Shown here: positions 8,661-17,288 of the stretch, one piece after another
Numbering within the stretch: position 1 is the first letter of the stretch
Layout: each line of letters starts with the position of its first letter
Virus record (IMG/VR): IMGVR_UViG_3300032253_000001
Location: 1 to 46,750 of that record
Source: a virus
Taxonomy: Duplodnaviria > Caudoviricetes
Strand: one strand, 5' to 3'
DNA: 46,750 nucleotides
Translations under genes and position numbers: made by a program
The notes under the pieces: model-generated
The model's input: only the letters and a program-made list of their open reading frames with translations
What the model was told of the DNA's origin: nothing
Database searches by the model: none

Positions 8661-11600
8661 CTACCAGTTCCCCGCGCCCGAGGATAGACTTTCCAGATCC
8701 GCCTCTTCGCCGTCCGCAAGCAGGCGCTCCCGCGCCTCTGGCCACAGCTCTTGGATGGTGGCGTCGTCGTAGATCCGCGCAGTCGTACGACGGCGTAGCA
8801 GCTCATCGCGCACGGTGGGCGAGATCGCGGCGATCTCGGCCTCGACCATGCGCAGGTCGCTCAGATCCCGATGGCCCCAGCCGTCGGCGTCGATCAAGAT
8901 CAGGGAGTTGCGGGCGGCCCGGGTGGCGTAATCCTGCAGCAGCGTGGAGAGCTGCGTCCGGTCGCTCGCCGACAGCTGGATGACCGCTAGTGCGTCAGTG
9001 TCCGCCAGACCGGCCTCGGAGCGGATATCGCGCCGCATCTGCGAGACGACGGACGAGATGTCGCGCGCCTGTCGCAGTGGGTGCAGCCGCTTCTCGTCGG
9101 CAGAAAAGTGCTCGTTCAACAGGGCGTAGGCTCGCTCGTCATCCGGCAGCGCGGCGAGATTGCGCTCCGTCATCAGGGGGTTGCCACTCTCAAGCCAGCG
9201 GCTATACGCGCGGTAGGATCCCTGAAAGGTGCCTGTAGTACCCGACATGCGCTCCCAGAAGTCCCTGACCGCCGTGCTGGAGCGACTGGCGTCCCGGATG
9301 AAGCGCCGCAGGATGGGGGCGTCCACGGCGTCTAGGCTCATGTCCACGGGGGACATGAGCTGGTTGTAGACCGTACTCGCGTCACGCGCCGCGCTGGCAC
9401 CCATGCTGCTCAGGTAGTGGTCCACGATGATGGGCCGCCAGCCCGTGATCTCGCCTATGTCGCGCGCCAGCTGCGACGTGTACGCGTTCACGGCCAGCTG
9501 GCTGTCGATCCGGGCCTCGGCCTGCAGCCATTGGGGGATCAGTTCGCGACCAAAGAAGAAGTCGCGATTGGCCATGTGCTCCACCATGGCCGTGATCAGG
9601 GGCTGCTGTGTGGGCAGGGAGATCATCTCCTGCAAACCGCGCCGCATGCGCGCCATGGCGGCTTGATCGCCGCCCCCGGCTTCGAGCCCGCGCTCGATTA
9701 TGTTGGAGAAGATCGCCCACTCGAAGGGCTTCGGGATGTAGGCGAGACGGCCATTCCCCGTGGGGATGACCCAGCCCGTGACACGCAGGTACTCGCTGGC
9801 CTCCTGATAGTCCTCGTCATCCTTGAACAGGAAGTGGATCAGGGCTCCGATCAGCCCGAAGCTGGCCATCTTCATCCACGCCTTGCGGCCCGTGCTAATA
9901 GCCCGGCGCTCATTGCGTGTCAGGGTCTGGTCACCGTCGATGCTGCGGAAGTACGACCTCAGGGCGAACATGAGACCACGCCGCCGGGCGACTTCCGTTG
10001 ACCCCAGCGTGCGCACGAATTTGCTGAGACCCTGAATATTGGCGTTCAGAAAGGGGATCAGGCGGCGGACAGCCAGCGTCTTGGACCCGTGCAGGCCGAA
10101 AGAGGCGATGTCGGTGGCCGTGTGCGCGGCCTCGATGCCCGCCTCCCACTCCGTGAGACCATCAGCTAGAGCACGCTCGTACGCGGCCTTGAAGACCCCG
10201 ATCCGCGTGCCCGTCTCCGTCACCTCCGTGACGTGTGCCAGACCGCGCAACATGCCCGTGGGGGTGGCCTCGAACGTATTGGTGAGGTAGCCCTTGCCCG
10301 TCAGGGAGTTGAGATCCCGAGCGATCCGAGCGCGGTCGAACTGAGCCACGCCAGCGCCGCCCATGATGCCACCGAAGATGTTGTATTTTCGCGCCCACTC
10401 GGTCTGCAGAAGCTCGTTGCCGACACCCTTCAATCCGCTCCAGAAGGGTTTGAAGCCCACGTCCGTGGCCGTCCACGAGCTAAGCTGGTCGCGCACGAAA
10501 TTGACGAGGATGAAGTCGGGCCAGCTCGTGATCCCGGCCCGGAATACGTTAGAACTGAGCGCCATCAATTCGAACAGGGTGCCCTGTGCCTCTGACCCCA
10601 GCCCGTTTAGGGCGTTGACAACGTCAGCCGCTACGCTCTGGTCATTGATCTGCAGCGCCTTCACCTTGCCGCCGTCGCGGTAGAATATGATCGGCTCTCC
10701 CCGGGTGCCCGTGGTCTCGTGGCGAAAGAAGGATAGCTCGTGATTATTCTCAAGGAAAGGCTGCAGGATGATTGATAGTTCCTCCGCCTCCGCCGTTCCG
10801 ATACTGTCGTCGTTCGTGAGCTTGCGCACGAGATCTGCCGTGGAGACGCGCATGGCGCGGGGATCCGTGGCCGGGATATTCTCCACGAAACGACCGGCCT
10901 CGCGCCCTGCCCTGTCGGTCAGCCGGGCCAGCGCCTTGCGCACGTCATTCTGGGCGATCATGCTCTCGACGGCGATGGTCTTCTGGATCAGCGATTGCAT
11001 GGGGTCGATCACGCGTCTGTCGGATCCGCGCAGCTGGAAGACCACGCGGCGCAGCTCTCCCGTTCGGTTGGTCATGTTGCGCATGATGGTGCCCATGTCG
11101 CCGCCCGTGTCGCTCATGTCGCGCAGGAGGGGTACGTAGAACTCGTTCTCCTCCATGCCCACGAACTGTTCGGGGGTGATCAGCCCGGCGTCGTGCATCC
11201 GCACCCAGAGGGCCCTGCCGTACCCACGCACAAGATCCGCGCCGTGGGTGAAGCTATCACCGTACTTGCTCTCCATCTCCTTAATGACCTGTTGAGCCGC
11301 CTGAGGAGAGGCGTTCACGGCGTCGCGCTCCAGATCGCCTTTTTCCTCCAGCGCCACGACGCGCCGGGCCACCAGATACGCCGCGAAATCCTCCTGTCTC
11401 TGTTCATCGATCTTGCGCAGCCGGTCCCCCTCTTTCACGCCCTGCGACACTTCCAGCGCCTTCTGCAGAGGTGCCGCCATGGCCTCGGTACTGTGGTAGC
11501 GCATGACGCCGTCAGTCGTCATCTGCCGCATGGCCGACCCGGTGAAGTTATTCACAAGTTGCGCCAGCTTGCCCGGGTCGTCGGCTATTTTCAGGTCGAG

Positions 11601-14600
11601 TAGCCCAGCCTCGGTGCGCGATGTCGCGTTGAGTAGGCGCGATGTCAGAAGCTGCAGACCATAAATGTGATCCACGTAGTCGTTGACGAAGGCCTGACCG
11701 GCGGAGCGGAAAATCGTGGATGCCGTTTCTCGTGCGCCCTTCTCATGCACTTGCTGCATGAGCGCCTGCGCGGTGGTGTTGGGGGTGGCGGAGGCAATCA
11801 TGGAGCGGAACTCGTTCGAGGACGACTGCAGCTTCCATGATTTGTACATCGTGCCGACGTCGTTGATGCCCGAGAGGATCTTGGGTGCCTCGCGGGTCAG
11901 GAGATCCTCCATCGCCTTGGTCCAGCCGGGGGCGAACTGACGCGCGGCCTCCCGGTTCTGTACAAAGAGACGGAATAGCTCGGCGTAGCCCTCCCGCAGT
12001 TTCGCTTCGCGCGGCTTGCCACTGAGGTCACTCTCGTACAGCTCCTCGGCGGCGCGCAGGATCTCCCTGCGGTGACTTTGGACGAGGGGCCTCATGGAGC
12101 CGTCCATGCTGTCGTACAGGTCGTGCCCGGCCTCGTGAAAGAGGGTGGAGACATCACTCATGTTGCGCAGGCGGATCGTGCCCTGCTTGCGGTTGTACTG
12201 CCCCATGATCTCGCTGCCCTTGAGCGTGAAGCGGCCCTGATTGGCCACGACATTCATGACGGTGCGGAAGCGTCGGGAGATGTCCTGCAGGGACATGGGC
12301 CCGATCTCGGCGTTACTCTCGTCCGCAGGTATGCCCTCGGTTGGTCGTGTAGGCTCGCCTTTATAGGGTGCACGGTTGGAGGCCGTGCCGCGCCCGCCTT
12401 CGCGCGGGGGCGTACCCTCGGCTGCGAGGAAGTCAGGGTTGTTGGCGTCGAACTCGCCCCGGTTGAAGACGCCCTTGATCTGCTCGGGGCGGAGAGCGAT
12501 ATAGCTGGTGCTACCCGGATCCTCGATCACATTCTCGTATGTGATGCCGTCGTACCCGAGATCCCCAAGCGCCGAGGCAAGACGCTCAAACAGGGGGCGC
12601 GTCTCCTCCAGCTCTGCGGTGTTCCAGTCGATATCAGCCATGTCATTGAGAACAACTTCGATGCCACCTGTTTTTGCGCCGCCGTCTACGGATGAAAACG
12701 TGATCGTGGTCATGATCTGGCGGGCCATGTCATAGGGCGTTTGCCATGAGCCCACCATGCCGGTCTCAGCCCCCACACTCAGAGGGTTCTGCATGCTTAG
12801 GTACGTGGGGATGACGCGCTGCCGCGCGTAGGTGGCGGGGGCCATGGATAGGAAGCCGGGGTAGAACTTACTGTTCACCTCGACGCGATCATTTGCCGCC
12901 TGCGCAGTGCCGAAGTGCGACATCGGCATGAAGTCCTCGAAGGTGGCCTTGGTGCTATGGTACACCACTAAAGGCTGACCGTTCTCGTCCACGACCTGAC
13001 TGTCGCCAAACCACGCCCTGAACTCCGGTGTTTCCGTGATGTCTGCCTGCGTACTGATCTGGGCGTCGAAGTCCTCGCTGAGCACGTCGCTGCCGTCGCG
13101 GTCGTCCACGATGCTATCCGCCGCCGCTTGGTTGAACAGACCCACGACCGCGCCCGCCTCGTGGTTGGGGTTGAAGTACCCCGCGTAGCCGATCTCGCGC
13201 ACCCGGGCGACGGCGAGGTCCACACGCTCCCCGGATGTAGCACCCTCGTTGGCGCGCAGGCCCATTGGATCTTCGGCCAGATTGTAAAGCCGGGTGGCGG
13301 GGATCGTCAGCTCGTGCCGATAGGGGCCGAGGTTCTCTTTGCGGTAGCCGCCCTCCTGCCCGACGCCTGCACCCAAGAAAACATGCTTCCACCCCATGCG
13401 GCGCTCACCGCCGAGCAGGGGGCCAGACCCCGCCTGAGCGGGATCCAGTACGGGCCGGGGGCTGTCCGACCAGTGGGTTAGCGTCAGGTTTCCTTCTTCG
13501 TCCGCGAACGGCTGGCTTCCGGCCTGCGCAGCGAGCGTTTCCACTCTTCCTCGCTGGGTACGCTCGGAGCGCTGCTCTTCTCGATAGATTTCGGCGGCGA
13601 GCTGGCCATGGAGCGTTTTCCGAGCTGCATGAAGCTCGGCTGGGAAATCTCGTCCTGTCGCGTCGCGATAGTGGTTTTCATAGTCAGTCCCTTCCTTCGT
13701 CCAGTCATTCTCTATATAGACCACGTCGGCGTTTGCCAACTGGGCGTTGGCTTTCTCCCTCAGGGGGTGGAAGGCCGTCGGCCCCAGCGCCACGTCCATG
13801 GGCGACGGCTGGCTTTCGTCGTGCACCATGTCATCGTTGATGCCCAAGAAGGTACGGATCTTCTTTGCCTGCGCACCCGTGTCCCCGGCCACGATCCGAA
13901 TACCCTCGCTGCCGTCGGGCATGATCACGCTGGTGAAGCCGTCGATTAGGCCCTCGGGCGCGGCTGCGCGGATCTTGTCGAAGGCCTCCGCGTGCTGGGC
14001 GCGCGTGAACTCTCCGCTCGGCCATGTGACCGTGATGGCGTAGGTCTTGGAACTCTTCGTGGCCGGAGTGAGCCGGGCCGCGAACATGGCGTCCTGATCG
14101 AGCAGATACCCCAACGAGGCCGCCGTTGCCTGCGCCTGTTCGCGCGTAGCAAAAAGGCGCGACGATACATTTAAGGCCAGCGCACCCTGCCATCCGCCCT
14201 GTCCCGTGAAAACCGGCGTCGCTGCTGGTGTATTGCTGAGCCTGAAGGCGACGTCCTGTGCCCGCTGCGCGTGACGCCGGGTGATGCGGTTCTGCGCTGG
14301 CACAGGGAGTGCCGACAGCCTCTCGGCCATCGTGCGCACTAGGGGGTGCTTCGTGGTGTCGCCGGGCACGATTTCGAAGGCCATAGTGTACGTGTTCTCG
14401 GCCACGGCGTCCTGCGGAGTACCCTCGCGGCTGTCCATCAGGCGTAGCGTGGCGTGCCAGCCCACGGCCTGCACCTCGCGGGGCTGCCAGTCGTTACGGC
14501 CCTGCCAGCCGATACTGTTCAGGTGATCGGTCAGCCGACGACCAAAATCCGCGCGGTTCTCGTACATGCGCCCATTGACGCTGATCTTTTTCCCTTCAGG

Positions 14601-17288
14601 GAAATCCACCTGTACACCCTCAGGTATCGCGTACCCGCGCGCCTCCAGAGCGTCGAGGAAGACGTTGTCCACGATACCCGTGTCGCGGGCCGTGTGCCGG
14701 TCCACCACAAAGGGTGCGCCGGTCGATGCCGCATTGCCTGTCCACATGCGTGCGGGGTTGTTCCGCCCACTGTCGATGAAGTCCGAGATCTTAGCCCCCA
14801 CGCCATCCGTGAGGGTCTGCCCGGCGAGGATGGAGCGGACGCGGGCGGACACGGCACCGAAGCGCTGGATGCGCGGCTGGTTGGTGCCCGTGGCGAGATT
14901 ATCGTTCTGTAAAAGGGCGTCGCGCATGGCGGCTGTAGGCGACACAGCTTGGTTAGCGGCCAGCCAACCGATCATGTAGCGCTCCGCGACCACGGGCTGG
15001 CCGGGGAACAACTCGTCAAACGTGCTGCGCAGATCCTCGTACCAGCGGCTGAAGCGCGTGATGTCTTCGGCTGGGAGCAGGGCCTCCGTCTTGGCGATCC
15101 AATCGTCGAACGTCAGGTCGCCTACTGCAATGTCGGGCAGGCCACTACCCACAGGGGCCACGATCACTGTGCGGGGGGCGGGCGCGAAGCCCCGACCTTC
15201 GTTGGTGCTGGCGCGCTCGGCGAGGCGACGATTACCTTCCACGATGGTATCGGATAGTTCGATGAAGGGGGGTTGATAATCCGCCTGCGCGCCCTCCGTG
15301 ATAACGGGCGCTACCTGCGCGTCCTCCTCCGGGGTCGCTATCTGGGCGGCCTCACGCAGTGCGTCTCCGATATTCGCCGGGGCTACGTCCTCGGGCAGCG
15401 TGTCGAAGAAGGTCTCGTCGAAGTTGTTGGCGGCGGCCTGAAAGTTCGCGGGGGCGTTGGACACAACCGCCCTGATTTGCGCCAGACCATCCTGTATCTC
15501 CGCCTCCGTCCATATGGGCTCGACGACACCCCCGTACGCCGCGTAGCCAGACGTTGCCATCCCGCCCGCCGCGCCGGTTATGGCCCCAAGGCCGCCCTGT
15601 CGCAGCCACTGGGCGAAACTTATCTCTCGCGTCGGGTCGCCCGCATCCGCGCCCAGCCAGCCCCCGAAGCCGTAGCGCAGGAGGAGATCTTCCCCGGCGG
15701 ATTGCGAGAACTCCTGAATGAACTCTTCCATCGAGCTGGCGGAGCTGTTGGCCAGTACCTGCGCAAAGCGTTCCGGGCCGAAGACGTCGGACATGCGGCG
15801 GAAGGCGCGGTCCACGGGGATGGCTTCGGAAGCCCCCAGCCCGAGACCAAAAATCAACTGCCAGTAGCGCGCCCCCGCGTCGGCATATATAGCTTGTTCG
15901 TGCTGAATGGATCCCTGCGACGCTGCGCCTGCGGCCCACACGGGAATGCGTGCCGCCCCGGCGACGTAAAAGCCGAGAAGAGAGCCCGTGGCACCGCCCA
16001 GTTGAGACATGAACTGATCGTCGCGCGCCGGGTCATTCGGGGCGATCTGATCTATGGCAGCATTCATGCGGTCGGAAAACCAGCGAAGCGTACGGTTATT
16101 TTCGCTGTCCCACGCCTCATCCCCGCCGCGAAAGAAGCCCACCACGGGGGCCATCAACAGATCCACAGTTTCGACTGAGCTGGGGACCAGCCCGAGACTG
16201 TCTCGCACGACGCCCGCAAAGGCGTCTTGGATGGCGGTCATGCGGTAGCGTTCAAGCTCGCCGCCGATACGCTGGTTTTGCTCCGCGTACGCCTCGAACG
16301 ACTGGCGCAGGGTGTCGTAATTTGCCTCCGGCACCTCGAGTGCAGCAAGCTCCGCTTCCAGCGCCGCCCGGATGGCCGGATCCTCCTCGCCGTCCAGCAT
16401 CTCGCGCAGTAGGCCCCGCTGTGCCTCGTCCTGCTCAGCCTGAAGGGCATCATACCCCGAGGGGGCATCCGCCGGGGGCGTCGGAGCATCGCGCAGACTA
16501 TCGAGGAAATCCGTCAGCGTTTGCGTGTCCACGACCGGGCCTTCGCGTTCGAGGGCGCTGGCGGGATCTGAGGAACGATCTACGCTGCTGCCTCGGCGTG
16601 CCATCTGCCCTAGCTCGGCGATTAGCGTAGCACGCGAGGCGGGGTTCGTCTCCTCTCCCAGTGTATCAACAAGTAACTGAAAATACTCAGCTTCTTCGGC
16701 AGAAAATTGGTCCCCGATGACATCTGGTATCTCCACGGAAGTGGGCTCTACGTCCTCGCGCTGCGTCTGCAAAGCGATCTCCAGCGCTGCGTCACGCGCC
16801 ATCTGCTCCAGCTGCGGCAGGCCCTCCAGCGCCTCCGCGCCAACCTGCTCGGTCAATATCTCTATCGCCCGTGCAGACCCAACGGCTCCCGCCACCCGGC
16901 CAAATTCGGTTGTCAGGGCGGTATACGCTTCGTCTCGCTCGCGCGTATGGGCCTGCAGCGCCTCCGTGTCCGACAGAGGGGCGAACAGACCCCTACTCAG
17001 CTGCGGAGCGTATGTCATGGCGTCTATGAGCGGATTGCCTGTGCGGGGCGTGTTCTCGAGGGCGTTGAACGCGCCACTTACATCGCGCGCTGCCTCGGCC
17101 ATCCGTGCCTCGCGGTCGGCGGCACGCCGCTGCGCGCCCAGTTGCTCTTCCAATCTCCCCTGCAGGATCAGAAGGTTCTCGGTCGCCTGCGTGGCCGCCA
17201 CCCCATCTTGGATCGCGGGCTGACCGAACAAGTTCGCGAGGGCGGCATTCGATCCGTTATCGGTGATGAAGGGGCGGTGGGTCGTCAC
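8661..17288 (-). CDS. giant internal virion / ejection protein, large polyvalent protein (2875 aa)
   Basis: Lies after gp14/gp15-like genes. Motifs: TPEFRAWFGDSQVVDENGQPLVVYHST (ART-PolyVal-like), LFHEAGH...EGYAE (metallopeptidase), C-terminal PFLNANIQG...IPKPFE (LPD38-like). Confidence 0.85.
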   Translation of the reverse strand: MTTHRPFITDNGSNAALANLFGQPAIQDGVAATQATENLLILQGRLEEQLGAQRRAADREARMAEAARDVSGAFNALENTPRTGNPLIDAMTYAPQLSRGLFAPLSDTEALQAHTRERDEAYTALTTEFGRVAGAVGSARAIEILTEQVGAEALEGLPQLEQMARDAALEIALQTQREDVEPTSVEIPDVIGDQFSAEEAEYFQLLVDTLGEETNPASRATLIAELGQMARRGSSVDRSSDPASALEREGPVVDTQTLTDFLDSLRDAPTPPADAPSGYDALQAEQDEAQRGLLREMLDGEEDPAIRAALEAELAALEVPEANYDTLRQSFEAYAEQNQRIGGELERYRMTAIQDAFAGVVRDSLGLVPSSVETVDLLMAPVVGFFRGGDEAWDSENNRTLRWFSDRMNAAIDQIAPNDPARDDQFMSQLGGATGSLLGFYVAGAARIPVWAAGAASQGSIQHEQAIYADAGARYWQLIFGLGLGASEAIPVDRAFRRMSDVFGPERFAQVLANSSASSMEEFIQEFSQSAGEDLLLRYGFGGWLGADAGDPTREISFAQWLRQGGLGAITGAAGGMATSGYAAYGGVVEPIWTEAEIQDGLAQIRAVVSNAPANFQAAANNFDETFFDTLPEDVAPANIGDALREAAQIATPEEDAQVAPVITEGAQADYQPPFIELSDTIVEGNRRLAERASTNEGRGFAPAPRTVIVAPVGSGLPDIAVGDLTFDDWIAKTEALLPAEDITRFSRWYEDLRSTFDELFPGQPVVAERYMIGWLAANQAVSPTAAMRDALLQNDNLATGTNQPRIQRFGAVSARVRSILAGQTLTDGVGAKISDFIDSGRNNPARMWTGNAASTGAPFVVDRHTARDTGIVDNVFLDALEARGYAIPEGVQVDFPEGKKISVNGRMYENRADFGRRLTDHLNSIGWQGRNDWQPREVQAVGWHATLRLMDSREGTPQDAVAENTYTMAFEIVPGDTTKHPLVRTMAERLSALPVPAQNRITRRHAQRAQDVAFRLSNTPAATPVFTGQGGWQGALALNVSSRLFATREQAQATAASLGYLLDQDAMFAARLTPATKSSKTYAITVTWPSGEFTRAQHAEAFDKIRAAAPEGLIDGFTSVIMPDGSEGIRIVAGDTGAQAKKIRTFLGINDDMVHDESQPSPMDVALGPTAFHPLREKANAQLANADVVYIENDWTKEGTDYENHYRDATGRDFPAELHAARKTLHGQLAAEIYREEQRSERTQRGRVETLAAQAGSQPFADEEGNLTLTHWSDSPRPVLDPAQAGSGPLLGGERRMGWKHVFLGAGVGQEGGYRKENLGPYRHELTIPATRLYNLAEDPMGLRANEGATSGERVDLAVARVREIGYAGYFNPNHEAGAVVGLFNQAAADSIVDDRDGSDVLSEDFDAQISTQADITETPEFRAWFGDSQVVDENGQPLVVYHSTKATFEDFMPMSHFGTAQAANDRVEVNSKFYPGFLSMAPATYARQRVIPTYLSMQNPLSVGAETGMVGSWQTPYDMARQIMTTITFSSVDGGAKTGGIEVVLNDMADIDWNTAELEETRPLFERLASALGDLGYDGITYENVIEDPGSTSYIALRPEQIKGVFNRGEFDANNPDFLAAEGTPPREGGRGTASNRAPYKGEPTRPTEGIPADESNAEIGPMSLQDISRRFRTVMNVVANQGRFTLKGSEIMGQYNRKQGTIRLRNMSDVSTLFHEAGHDLYDSMDGSMRPLVQSHRREILRAAEELYESDLSGKPREAKLREGYAELFRLFVQNREAARQFAPGWTKAMEDLLTREAPKILSGINDVGTMYKSWKLQSSSNEFRSMIASATPNTTAQALMQQVHEKGARETASTIFRSAGQAFVNDYVDHIYGLQLLTSRLLNATSRTEAGLLDLKIADDPGKLAQLVNNFTGSAMRQMTTDGVMRYHSTEAMAAPLQKALEVSQGVKEGDRLRKIDEQRQEDFAAYLVARRVVALEEKGDLERDAVNASPQAAQQVIKEMESKYGDSFTHGADLVRGYGRALWVRMHDAGLITPEQFVGMEENEFYVPLLRDMSDTGGDMGTIMRNMTNRTGELRRVVFQLRGSDRRVIDPMQSLIQKTIAVESMIAQNDVRKALARLTDRAGREAGRFVENIPATDPRAMRVSTADLVRKLTNDDSIGTAEAEELSIILQPFLENNHELSFFRHETTGTRGEPIIFYRDGGKVKALQINDQSVAADVVNALNGLGSEAQGTLFELMALSSNVFRAGITSWPDFILVNFVRDQLSSWTATDVGFKPFWSGLKGVGNELLQTEWARKYNIFGGIMGGAGVAQFDRARIARDLNSLTGKGYLTNTFEATPTGMLRGLAHVTEVTETGTRIGVFKAAYERALADGLTEWEAGIEAAHTATDIASFGLHGSKTLAVRRLIPFLNANIQGLSKFVRTLGSTEVARRRGLMFALRSYFRSIDGDQTLTRNERRAISTGRKAWMKMASFGLIGALIHFLFKDDEDYQEASEYLRVTGWVIPTGNGRLAYIPKPFEWAIFSNIIERGLEAGGGDQAAMARMRRGLQEMISLPTQQPLITAMVEHMANRDFFFGRELIPQWLQAEARIDSQLAVNAYTSQLARDIGEITGWRPIIVDHYLSSMGASAARDASTVYNQLMSPVDMSLDAVDAPILRRFIRDASRSSTAVRDFWERMSGTTGTFQGSYRAYSRWLESGNPLMTERNLAALPDDERAYALLNEHFSADEKRLHPLRQARDISSVVSQMRRDIRSEAGLADTDALAVIQLSASDRTQLSTLLQDYATRAARNSLILIDADGWGHRDLSDLRMVEAEIAAISPTVRDELLRRRTTARIYDDATIQELWPEARERLLADGEEADLESLSSGAGNW

